Source of the DNA: Heteronotia binoei
Taxonomy: Eukaryota
Reading direction: 5' to 3'
Assembly: GCF_032191835.1 (NCBI RefSeq)
Contig: NC_083230.1
Span: 2,728,001-2,792,000, forward strand
Length of the DNA: 64,000 bases
The translations under genes and the position numbers were made by a program. The notes beneath the pieces are model-generated. The model was not told where the DNA came from. It made no database searches and saw only the letters and a list, made by a program, of their open reading frames with translations. The number at the start of each line of letters is the position of its first letter. The stretch's first letter is position 1. Positions 36,167-48,316 of the stretch are shown one piece after another.

Positions 36167-37207
36167 TTTCATAGAATCATAGAGTTGGAAGGGACCTCCA
36201 GGGTCATCTTGTCCAACCCCCTGCACAATGCAGGAAACTCACAAACACCTCCCCCTAAATTCACAGGATCTTCATCGCTGTCAGATGACCATCTAGCCTC
36301 TGTTTAAAAACCTCCAAGGAAGGAGAGCCCACCACCTCCCGAGGAAGCCTGTTCCACTGAGGAATTGCTCTAACGGTCAGAAAGTTTTTCCTAATGTTGA
36401 GCCGGAAACTCTTTTGATTTAATTTCAACCCATTGGTACTGGTCCTAACTTCCAGGGCCACAGAAAACAATTCCACACCATCCTGTAGATGACAGCCCTT
36501 CAAGTACTTGATGGTGATCATATCACCTCTCAGCTGCCTCTTCTCCAGGCTAAACATCTCCAGCTCCTTCAACCTTTCTTCATAGGACTTGGTCTCCAGA
36601 CCCCTCATCATCTTCATTGCCCTCCTCTGGACCGTTCTAGCTTGTCTATATCTTTCTTAAAACATGGTGCCCAAAACTGAACACAATACTCCAGGTGAGG
36701 TCTTACCAGAGCAGAGTAAAGTGATACCATCACATCACGTGATCTGGACACTATACTTCTGTTGATACAGCCCAAAATTGCATTTGCCTTTTTAGCCACC
36801 GCATCACACTGTTGACTCATGTTCAGCGTATAATCCACTAAGACCCCTAGATCCTTTTCACACATACTACTGCTAAGACATCTCCCCCATCCTTTAACCA
36901 TGCATTGGATTTTTCCTACCTAAATGCAGAACTTTCCATTTATCCCTGTTAAAATTCATTTTATTGATTTTAGTCCAGTTTTCCAGCCTGTCAAGGTCAT
37001 CCTGTATCCTGTTTCTGTCTTCTTCTGTATTTACAACCCCTCCCAATTTCGTATCATCTGCAAATTTAATAAGCATTCCCTCTATTCCTTCATCCAAATC
37101 ATTGATAAAGATGTTGAACAAAACAGGTCCCAGGACAGATCCCTGAGGCACTCCACTTATCACTCCTCTCCAAGAGGATGAGGAACCATTCACGAGCACT
37201 CTTTGGT
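36167..37207 (-). mobile_element. 5'-truncated CR1 LINE (RT C-terminus plus 3'UTR)
   Basis: [27 protein letters not shown] and [15 protein letters not shown] motifs, with an (ATTCTATG)-type tail. Several frameshifts. Confidence 0.93.
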
Positions 37208-37470
37208 GTAGTTTGGGGTAGTGGTTAAGTGCACGGACTCTTATCTGTGATAACCGAGTTTGATTCCCCATTCCACCACTGGCAGCTGCTGGAATGGCCT
37301 TGGGTCAGCCATAGCTCTTGCAGTGCTTTCCTTGAAAGGGCAGCTTCTGGGAGAGCTCTCTCAGCCCCACCTATCTCACAGTATGTCTGTTGTGGGGGAG
37401 GAAGATAAAGGATTGTAAGCCACTCTGAGATTCGGAGTGGAGGGCAGGATATAAATCCAGCTTCATTGTC
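37208..37470 (+). mobile_element. Squam3-type SINE
   Basis: tagtttggggtagtggttaagtgcacggactcttatctg head and L2-like tail. Homologous to 28871-29175. Confidence 0.85.
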
Positions 37471-37639
37471 TTATTATTATTATTACATTATAATATATAA
37501 TGAAATAATTATTCAACTCACGACCCGATTGCTAACAAGCCATGGATCGGTACCAGTCCACAGCTCAGCAGTTGGAGACCCCTGCTCTACAGATTCAACC
37601 TTGCTTATAGAGCATGAGCATAGCCTTTCAGAATAGGGA

Positions 37640-39480
37640 ATTTTGCTTTACCCAAATTTAAGAAAGAAAATCACTAAAATAATTCTTTACATGATTAAAA
37701 ATTAATCTAGATTACTGTATACTGATAAAGGTGAGACATATCTTATAAAAACTATTCAAATTGATTTAAATTATTAGGGACAATACATACCAAATGTTCA
37801 TACCATATATAAAAGAAGGGGGTAAAAAAGAAAACACATTCAAAAATATACCGAAACAAAAATGCTTCCAAATTATGAGCTTAACTTCTAATTTGTGAGA
37901 TTGTGCGTAACTTTTAGCACTTCTAGGTTCACTGAGGATTTAGCCTATAAAAAGGTGAAATATAAAATATCCCTTTACCTATGTATAATATTTAATTCTC
38001 TGTGTTTATTATTATTGTTTTATCCTTTTAATATTTTCTCCCCAGTGTACCTTAAGTTTTAAAAGCTCCCATCTTTATAAAGATGCTTATAAAACCTTCC
38101 CTGTATCTTTGAAATCACCAATTCCTAAACTCCAACCCATTTTGCCACTCAATTCCCTGTTTTAAATTTACTGTCCATATAAGCATACAAATCCCCCGAT
38201 TTAAACTTTTATTTATACCCTTCAGTTAATTTTTAAAGAATAAATGAGAAAACCCTAAAGGACCAAATTTCCATTCCAAAATAATGCACCAAAATAATAG
38301 TATACCAATGTTGATCAAATAAGGAAGCTGAAGCTCATGGCCCTTTCTTCTTAAAAGCCTTTCAAGTTTTAATTCTCTTGAAGTTTCCATAGAACTGTGA
38401 ATTTTTGTTAAATCTGCAAATTCTCCCTTAAGTTGTTCTTCAGTTCAGCAAGAAGCATTGAAGCCAAAACAAAGTCACTCCCCTTTGTATTAATCTTGAT
38501 AGGTTGTAGTTTCTGTTTCTCCTGCAAGACTGTGTATGTCGTCTCCATTTTAAATTCACACAGAACATTTTCAGAGATTTGCTTATTCACTTTTCCCATC
38601 TCTTTAGAAAGATCTTGAACGCCTTGATCTATCTGCTCCTATATAGTTTCAACTTTATTACATTTCACCAGAAACCTTTGCACTCAATCTATTATCAACT
38701 CCTTTAAGAAACGATTTCCTGCTTTATAGAAAATATGGTAGCCATAAAGTCCTTTAGATCATCTGTTTTTCCTTGCTGCTCCATCTTCCCCACAAAGTAG
38801 TTCAGCCCAATAGTAAAAGCTGAGTAATAACTCAAAATCCCAAATTAACAAATCCTTCCAGATCTCCACTTAAAAGATATTTTTCTCTTACATTCCAGTT
38901 TAAATAAATTCAATCTCAATAAATCCTCAAGTGCACTTTTTTCTCTTAAAGTCACAGTCAGCCTTTATTCAAATCGTAATATAATATATCCATAGTCCAA
39001 TTAATACTTGTTTACTTTTAAACTGAATCTGTCCAAATATTGTACGTTCTTTTCTTTTAGAAGCCTCTCTTATGGGGGGGGGGATTTTTGTCCTCCTCCC
39101 CCTCTTTTGGAACAGTCAAATTTGGTTTTATAATAGGGATTGTTGTAGATCAGACTTACTTGCAAAGTACAGTTTTGATAGTTGCAATAGAAAAAAAAGA
39201 TGCATTGAAAAATCATTAAGGATAGAAGAAAAAAGAAGCCGGCAGTCACCTCTGATGCCATTTAAAAATGGTGATCAGAGCAGCGGGGCATCACAGCAAC
39301 AGCGGCTCAGAGAGTCGACCACCGCCAATCTCCTGAGCCTTCCATCAAGCCACTTGCCTTCCAAGACCCTTCCTGAATATTGGAGTCAGCCGAGAGACCC
39401 CTCAGCTGCCAGATTCAAGAGTGGCCATCAGGAGCAAGTCTGCAGCCGCTCTTAACTCTGAGGTGCAAAGACCAGAAGCC
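37640..39480 (-). mobile_element. Degraded L1-like 5' fragment (ORF1 and start of endonuclease)
   Basis: T-rich + strand, coiled-coil-like and basic ORF remnants on - (38408-38599). Heavily decayed. Confidence 0.5.
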
Positions 39481-41389
39481 AGGTGCCACTGCCAAGGTTG
39501 ATATGAACATTGGGGAGCAACAGGGGACTTGTGGGCAATGGGGGCCTCAGATTGGTGGGGCCAGAAACTTTGCATTGCAGTTAAATTGTTGGGTTTGGGA
39601 CCCTAGGGGCACCACTGTAGCTATGGGCCTGCTCCCCATACCATGGGCAAGTGTGAAAACCAAACCTAAAAGACATGACAACCCTCCTGGTAAAAAAAAT
39701 ATCTCTGAGCCTTCTCACACCACACAGAATCAACTCAAACATTATATGAAAACAAGCCATATAGAACCTCTTTTTCTGTGTGTGCCCCCTCACTCTGGTT
39801 GACTGGGACTCTCAGCAGTTTTGTCTCCCTAGTCCCATCTTTTTCAGCAGCCCTGACCAAGAGACTTGCCTTTCAGAATCTCACTGGCCATAGGAGATCA
39901 AGCATACTTTTATTTATTTATTTATTTATTTACCTTAAATTTCTCTCCCGCCCTCTCCGCAAGTGGACTCAGGGCAGCTAATAACATTTATATTTACAAT
40001 TTAAAAACCACTAAAATACAGTTACAATTTAAAAGCATTATGTGGTGCTGTACTTTTTCTAATGGTGCATGAGCACTAGTGCGGGGTGTTTGGTGGGCAT
40101 TAAAGCTCTCTGAATCTTCCTAAATAATTCATTTTGCACCTGTTCTTAACCACAGTCTACACTGACTTGTCCCCATTGTCTTTCCCACTGTGGTGTAGTG
40201 GTTGAAGTGCTGAGCTACAACTGGGTGATCCCAGGTTCAAGTACCCCATTACTATGAAGCTTACTGGGTGACCCTCTGCTCTGTAGCCTGCCACTCTGAT
40301 CAGCTACGTTTGAAGCCTTTCTCCAACTTAAGTGTTTTTTTCTGTCAAAGGAAGAGGGGAAACGTGGAGAAAGGCTTCAGACTGTTGAAAACAGTGATAT
40401 GTTACAGGTCAATCTCTCTTAACTTGACCCTCTTCACAGGATTGTTTTCTGAGGCTAAATGGAGGAGGAGAGACTCTTGTATGCCTCCCTGATTCCCTTG
40501 AAGGAAAAACAAAGAGAACAATTATTTAAGATTATCAAGATGTTTTTTAAAAAACAAAACACCTTCTTCACCGAATGATCCCAGCGGCTCTGGCCAAATG
40601 AGAATGTGATGATGTTATGGTGCCACATGATCAGTTGAATATGGTGATGTGATGATTTCCCCATAGGTTCCGATAGTCAGCTGTTCAGCCCTTGGAGTAC
40701 ATCAGGAAGGGTGGAACTCATCTATGATGCTGATGCAAATGGGCCCACAAGATCTGTCCTGGCTCATCATGCTTCTTTGTCTGTTGCTGCCGCTGTTTAG
40801 AGCAGGGAAGCTGGAAGCAGCAACACAGTTCCCTTCTGGTTCTTCCCCTTCCCCACCTTTGTCCATTGAAGCTCAGCACACCTTGTTCCTATAACTACAC
40901 AAGAGAGCTCGACTCATTCTCCCTCGAAATATTCTTTAATGAACCCATATGTAACAACAGCAGAGATGTTGAATTTCTTGGTATTTTTGAATCAAGCATG
41001 ACATCAATTTTCAGTAAAATTCAAGACTTTAGAATGAGGCAAAAAGATGCTGGTGTTAAACTGAACAAAAAATACAGGTATGCATCTTTGGCAGACTGAA
41101 GTTGGTCTTGATGAGCCTATCATTTTTAGCCACATGTCTATGATCAATTGATTAAACAAACTGTTGCCTCAGACGTCTGGAGTCTGTTAGACACTTGACT
41201 GGAGGCTTCGCACTTTCATTGTGTTACCATCCAAGCCAACAATAACAAAGCTGCTTCAAGTGTACAGATTTCATGCAAGCCTCCCCCCTCCCTCCCCCAC
41301 AGTCCTTACTGCATCTATGCACGTATACCTAATTATCAGAGGGGATTTATTTTTAGCACTCTGCAAGCTAGCCTATTGAAAAGTTTAGT

Positions 41390-44300
41390 TTAGTTTTTAG
41401 TTTATTTACGATTTATATCCTGCCCTTCCCACCAAAGTGGCTCAGGGCGGCTCACAGCACATAAAATCTAACATAAAAATATTAAATTTAAACATTTTAC
41501 ACACTTAAAACATTAAAAAAACATAACATAACAGCAGTCTAATAAAACTACACTCAGTTTCCAGCAGTCTAATAAAACTACACTAGTTATAAGCCAGCCA
41601 GAAGAGGGCTGTCTTGCAGGCCCTGTGGAACTGGGCAAGGTCCCGCAGGACCCTCACCTCTTCCGGCAGCTGGTTCCACCAGGAAGGGGCCATGACAGAG
41701 GAAGCCCTGTCCCTGGTAGATTTCAGGCGGGCTTCCTTTGGCCCGGGGACAACGAGAAGATTTTGGGGTCCCGATCTCAGTACTCTCTGGGGAACATGTG
41801 GGGAGAGACGGTCCCTCAGGTAGGCAGGTCCTAGGCCATATAGGGCTTTAAAGGTAATGACCAGCACCTTGTACCGAACTCGGTATATTATTGGCAGCCA
41901 GTGCAGAACCCGGAGCCCCGGCCGAATGTGCTCCCATCTTGGGAACCCCAATAACAACCGGGCGGTGGCATTCTGCACTAACTGCAACTTCCGGGTTCGG
42001 CACAAGGGCAGCCCCATGTAGAGGGCATTGCAGTAGTCCAACCTCGAGGTGACCGTCGCATGGATCACCGTTGCTAGATTGTCACGCTCCACGAAGGGGG
42101 CCAACTGCCTCGCCCGCCTAAGATGAAAGAATGTGGACTTGGCAGTGGCTGCTATCTGAGCCTCCATCATTAAGGAAGGCTCCAATAGTACCCCCAAGCT
42201 TTTGACCCTGTGCATCGCTATCAACGGTGCACCATCAAAAGCTGGCAGGGGGATTTCCCCTCCCGGACCCCGACGACCCAAGCAAAGGACCTCTGTCTTC
42301 ACTGGATTTAGCCTCAGCCTGCTCAGCCTGAGCCACCCATCCAAATTTTCTGGGGTGCAGGCCGGCCATCCATAAGCAGATAGAGCTGGGTGTCATCAGC
42401 ATACTGGTGACAACCCAGCCCATACCTTCGGGCAATCTGGGCAAGGGGACGCATATAGATGTTAAATAGCATCGGGGAGAGGACCACACCCTGAGGCACT
42501 CCGCAATCAAGCGTGTGTCTCCAGGACAGTTCACCCCCAATCGCGACCCTTTGTCCCCGACCTTCAAGGAAAGAGGAAAGCCACTGTAAGGCCAACCCCT
42601 GAATCCCCACGTCGGCGAGGCGGCAGGTCAGTAACCAATGATCGACCGCATCGAACGCTGCTGATAGGTCCAACAACATCAGCACCGCCGAGCCGCCCCG
42701 ATCCAGATGTCTTTGAAGGTCATCTACCAGGGCAGCCAACACTGTCTCCGTCCCATTGCCCGGGCGAAAGCCGGAATGAAGGGGATCAAGGACGGAAGCA
42801 TCCTCCAGGAAGGTCTGTAACTGCATCGCCACTGCCCTCTCGATAAGTTTGCCCCAAAAGGGCAAATTTGAGACCGGCCGGTAATGTGCCAATTGGGCCG
42901 GGTCTAACGTTGTTTTTTTCAAGAGGGGACGGACCACCGCCTCTTTAAGCGGTGTTGGAAAGTGCCCTTCCATCAGGGATCTATTTATGATATCCCGTAC
43001 AGGATATCTGAGCTCCCTCTGGCAAGTTTTAATAAGCCAGGAGGGGCATGGGTCCAATTTACAAGTTGTTGGGCATGCAGATAAGAGGATCCTGTCAACT
43101 TCCTCCAGGCTGAGAGGACTGAAACCATCCAGAACACAATCCAAAGACAGGCACGGAGCCTCGGTTTCACTAACTGTCTCTAATATGGCAGGGAGGTCGA
43201 AGCGGAGTGATGCGATCTTGTCCGCAAAAAAGTTCACAGAAGCCTCACAGTCAATCTCCAATTCATTAGAATTTGGTCTGCCTTGTGGCAGCGTTGTAAG
43301 ACTCCAAATTATATTGAATAGTTGTGCTGGGCGCGAAATTGCGGATGCAATCTTAGCCGCAAAATATGTTTTCTTTGTGGTTTTGATTGCCATCTCATAG
43401 GACTTCATAATCTCTCTATAAGTTGTTCGAGTCGCTTCGTCTTGAGTACGCCGCCATTGCCTCTCTAGTCATCTGAGTCCCCATTTTAGTTGTTACAACT
43501 CTTGGTTATACCAAGGTGTCGACTTCAAATGAGGGCGCAGAGGGCGCCTAGGTGCGATTTCTTCGATGGCTCTGGAGAGCCTATCATTCCAAGACTCCAC
43601 CAGATCATCCAAGGAATCGCCAGGGGGCCAGGGATCCCGCAGGGCCGTCAGGAACCGTTCTGGGTCCATCAGGCTCCGCGGGCGAGCTAAAATATACTCT
43701 CCACATAAACAGGCTTGGGATGGCACATCCACTCGCGCCTTGAGGGCATAGTGATCCGACCATGGCACTACTTTAGCAGTAATATCATTCACTAAAACTC
43801 CCGCCGCGAAGACCAGGTCTAACAGGTGCCCCGCCTGATGAGTGGATATTGTGACAATTTGGGAGAGTCCCAGTGTCGCCATGGATGACCAATAGCCTTG
43901 GGTACTCCAATGCCCAGCCCGCCGCGGCCTCCATCAGGGATGATAAGGCGCCAGCCAGTGCGTTAGGTAGACGGTACACCAGCCAGATCGCCAACCCCTC
44001 CCCAACATCCCACATCAGGCTGGCACATTCAATGCCCCTGATCTCCGGGGCTGGGAGAGCCCTAAAGGAGTAAGTCTCTCGTATGAACAGTGCCACTCCT
44101 CCCCCCCACCCGCTAGTCCGGGACTGGTGAAAGACCGAGTTTCCTGGGGGGGGGCCATTTGGGAGAAAGCTACGGTCTCCCCATCGCGCACCCAGGTCTC
44201 GGTCATGCATGCCAGGTCCACGTCCTGCTCCAGCAGGAATTCCCGAAGGATAGCGGTCTTATTATTGATGGACCTGGCATTACATAACACCAGTGACGGA

Positions 44301-44460
44301 GGTGAGTAAATTCGCCCGGCCCCACTACCTGTCACCATCGGGATGGGACGCAGGCTGGAAGGTGGTCGAGCACTGTCATGTCTCAGCCTCCTTCCCTTAT
44401 AAGTCTGCCTGTTCCCACCGTCGTACCTTCCCCTCCCCAGGAGTACCGGAATCCCCAGAG
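41390..44460 (-). mobile_element. L2 LINE, nearly complete ORF2 (endonuclease plus RT) and 3'UTR
   Basis: EN motifs LCNARSINNK, ACMTETW and GGGVAL. RT motifs LLDLSAAFDAVDH, GVPQG..LSPMLFNIYM and YADDTQLY. SRLDYCNALY and the L2 3' tail are present. Few frameshifts and CpG-rich. Confidence 0.95.
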
Positions 44461-44881
44461 AAAAATCTCATGGTTTATCTGCAAATTGTACCTGTTCTAA
44501 TCTTCCTTTTTAATTTACCATCATTTTTCATAGGCAAAAGTTGGGGGCGGGTTTGTTCAATTTCTAAAAAAATCCCACTGTTTGTCACTAAGCCAGGGAA
44601 TGAAGACCTCAAAAGTGTCCCCCAGTTTGACAGCACCAAACAGTTAATATACAGAGCTAGACCATGTGGGCTAGACTGTAATATTTGTGGTTGTGAGGTG
44701 TTATGAGCAATGAATCTTTGTAAAACATACTGCCGTGAGATGTGGGGGTCACAGCTAGTTTAGATATTGTTTTAAAAGGATCCAACAATTCAATTAAAGA
44801 TCAATCAGTAGTTTACAGTCAATATACCTGCATGAAACCTTGATGTTCAGAGGCAGTATACCTCAGGAAAAACCGGTAGGG

Positions 44882-44988
44882 CAGGGGTGGCAAATGGTAG
44901 CTCTCCAGAAGTTTTTTGGCCATGTTGGCTGGGGCTGATGGGAGTTGTAGGCAAAAAACATCTGGAGAGCTACTGTTGGCCACCCCTG
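44882..44988. mobile_element. Palindromic hAT MITE (107 bp)
   Basis: CAGGGGTGGC...GGCCACCCCTG with long inverted arms. TSD CGGTAGGG/CAGTAGGG (1 mismatch). Confidence 0.8.
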
Positions 44989-46089
44989 CAGTAGGGGAAA
45001 ATATTGCTTTCAGTGCTACTTGTAACTGTCCTAAGAAGTTTGGTCATACCAAAGAAAAAGTTAATGTAGTAGATTATTGCCAAGGAAACACAGCATTCTT
45101 GTAGCTACTCTCAATGCTCTCTAATTCTTGCTGCCTGCATCTCCCTTCTGAAGTGATTGTAAATTAGAGACATGTCCTAATAAGGGACATAGACTAGTTA
45201 GTTTAGACTAATAAGGAAGACGGGAATTTAGACAGGCTCTCATCTTGCTAGGTAAGGGGGGGGACTGCAGGTTTAAGAGTTAGAGGACATTGAGGAAGCT
45301 AGGAGAATGACGTGTTTACTTGGCAGTAAGCTATTATATTTACTTTCCCTTTAGTGTGTCCCTCATATGCCTGAACCTCTGACTTTTCACATAGAATCAG
45401 AAATGTGATGCTGAAGAGGACAGTCATCCCAGTTGATATTGTTAGATCTCCAAACAGTCTTTGGCATAGTTGACCAGTCAGTTCTTATTCTTTCACCCTC
45501 ATTCTTTCAGACTGATTTTGCACTAACCTTGCTCCACAGCAGGCTTCTTTTTTTCTCCAGAGCAAGCTAGTGATTTCACACAACAACATGGGATCCCAGT
45601 TCATTATTGAAGGCAATGCAAAGAACAAACACTGTGATATACAGGCTACAATGTTTAGTAACTTTAGGAGTCATATAAATCTGTTGTATGTATTAAATTA
45701 TAAAGAACTGCAACTTTACAAAGAGAGTTCATCCACAACATTTCAAGAAAGGTCAATCCCAATGAGCACCCAGATATAAGCTAATTTCGTCATGTCCAAA
45801 GACTTCCGCAAGAGTATTCCTGTTTCCTTCAAGGGCTATCAGCCACTTTTTGCAATTCATTATTGATGTTTTCTAATGCTTTCTGGAGCATCTTTACTAT
45901 CTTCAAAAATTCTCATCCTGGAATAAACCATGGTAATTTGATGCACGGCAACACAAACCTGTTTTTTCAGAATTACATTACCGTGCATCAAATCAGGAGT
46001 TGTCGGACGAAAAATGGCAGCATGGAGCAGCTTGTGCAAAATCGCTAAGCTTGCTCCAGAGAAAAAGAAGCCTGCTGCGGAGCAAGGTT

Positions 46090-46620
46090 AGTGCGAAATC
46101 AGTCTCAGTCCTCAGAATGGAGTGGTCAGCTATGCCAGATCTAGAAATATCAGTGATCCATGCTTTTATAATATCACAGCTAGATTACTGTACTGTGTTT
46201 TAAATTGGTCTGCCCTTGAAGACAACCTGGAAACGTCATCTTGTTCAACATGCAGCAGCCCAATTATTATTAAGGCCTAGTTGATGGAAACGTATCTATT
46301 TTGAAACATCTGCATTGGCTGGCTGTTCTAGTCAAGGTACTGGCTGTGACCTTAAAAAATCCTTCATAACCTAAGACTGTGTATATAAAGGACTGTATTC
46401 TCCCTTCTGTCCTTGTGCCAGCTACAGGACTCAAGCTACCACCTACTTTATGCTCCCCACTGAAGGAGGCCCATCTTGGATCAAGCAAGCCTTTTTCACA
46501 GTAGCTTTCACTTTGCAGAATGGGCTTCTGAGAATGTGGGGGGTGCCACCTTCAGAACCTTTCAGGAGGTGTTGCAAAGCCAACTTATTTGCCAGGGCTT
46601 TTAATAATGTATAAAGTGTA
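46090..46620 (+). mobile_element. L2 LINE 3' fragment
   Basis: SVIHAFIISQLDYC..GLPLK..WK..LVQHAAA remnant. Confidence 0.7.
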
Positions 46621-46974
46621 AAAAAAATGACTCCACGGTGTCTGTTTGGTACAAAGAACTTATGGTGGTGACTGGTGAACAGTATCCTTCATTCCTCATG
46701 CTGTCCACTCAACAACCCTGTGAGGTGGACTAGGCTAAGAGAATCTGGCTGACCCACGATCACTTAGAAGCTTCATGGCACAGGGCATTTGAACTCTGAT
46801 TTTTTCAATCCTAGTCTGTCTAACATGCTGACCACTGCACTACACTGCCTCACAGTGCAGTGCAACCCCCAAGCTGTGCTTTCCTGTGTTGGTTGCCTTT
46901 TGGAGGGTAGAAAGGAAGATTTCTGGCCTTGGCTTCCTTCCTCCAAGAGTAGGGTTTATACCGTGAAGGATTGA

Positions 46975-47975
46975 CAACTGGTAGTAATCTTCTTTGCGGT
47001 CTCAGTGCAGTCCCACACATGGGTCTGACTCTTAGTTCGGAGAATACAAAAGCTCGCCTTAGGCGTATTGGCGCACCTTTCCCAAGGCGCCAGGAAGCAG
47101 TAATTGAATGCGCATGCATGGTGCAGCGGAGGGGTGCCATCCCACTCAATTTCTTCCTTACCACTGCTCTGTTCACACCTCTCCTCGCTGAGCTCCTTCG
47201 CTTACCTCAGGCCCATCGTTGATTGGTATCATCTGTTTGTTACCCCTTTTTCGTCTCTTTTTCGCTTCGACTTCGTCTCTTCGCTTCCTACAAAAAAAAA
47301 ACCCTTGTTTTTTGGACTTTCCATTCCCCCCCCCCTTCTTTTTTCTTCCTCCCGCTTTCCTCGAGCTCATGGAAGGGAAAGAAAAAATTACATTTAAAAA
47401 GTGCCTTCACTGCGAGACTAAAGTCTCGTCATCTGATTGTCATTCTCACTGCCTTTTTTACCTGGGGGAAAGCCACCGGGTGGACAGTTGTACCAATTGC
47501 GCCAAGTTTGGAAAACAAGCCAAGAAAAACAGGGCTGCTAGACTTAAGAGTCACCTTCTGGAAACTTCTCTCCGGCCTATGACATCGCTTCTACTTCAAC
47601 ATCTGCTCACTTGGGCTTGTCGGCTGCTTCAGTGGCTCAGGCTCCCCAAAAGCATAAGTCTGACAAGGATTCGAAGTGTACTAAAGATGCCAAGAAATCT
47701 GCATCTAAAAAGGCTCTCAAACATTGAGTCCATACTGAGCCCAGAAAAGCCTCAAGTTCCACCCAGCCAGCTTTGGATTCGACACCTAGAAAGTGGGCAC
47801 AACAGTCAACCTCTATGGCGGCGGCCTTCGCTTCGACCTCTCACCCTCTTACGGCCATCCCTGCTGAGCTCTCAGCTCCCACGGATGTGATTTCTGATGC
47901 TCAGCCACTTCGAGAACTTTATATCATCCAGATGCCTTCTTGATCTCCGTCGGTCCATCATGATCTGCCAGAGGA
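46975..47975 (+). mobile_element. DIRS-like (tyrosine-recombinase) retrotransposon 5' fragment: terminal repeat plus gag/ORF1 N-terminus
   Basis: From ATG 47369: MEGKEKITFKKCLHCETKVSSSDCHSHCLFYLGESHRVDSCTNCAKF..Q.KKNRAARL, the Cys/His pattern of vertebrate DIRS ORF1. Ends where L1 sequence begins. Confidence 0.75.
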
Positions 47976-48316
47976 TATTCTCTCCTTTAAAACAATTTAT
48001 TATACTGTAATATATTGTAATAGTACATTATCATTTGTTATTAAAAATTAATACATATACATTACATTTTCTCCATCCCTCCCCCCTTTTGGTGACCCCC
48101 GGCAGTGTATTTTATTTGAATTGTTAAAAAGATAAAGCTTTATCTATTAAAGAATCTTACTTCATAGAAAGATCATCAAAAAGAAAAGAAAAAAAACATA
48201 GGTTATAATTATAATCCATCTTCATAGTAGTCCTTTTGTCATTAACAAAAACCTGAAAAAGATATATTCCAATAATCTCGCTTTTTTACTATAATCCATA
48301 TAAAGTTTCTTTAGAA

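Larger units (their letters stand above)
36061..37584. mobile_element. hAT-Charlie MITE resembling MER1/Charlie3, split by CR1 and SINE insertions
   Basis: Ends CAGTGGCCCCCAATCTTTTTGGCACCAGGGAC / GTTGGAGACCCCTG. Perfect 8-bp TSD CTCTACAG (36053-36060 and 37585-37592). Confidence 0.85.

Noticed and set aside
45150-45390. Possible solo LTR (TGTAA...TTCACA)
   Set aside because: No TSD and no polyA signal were found.
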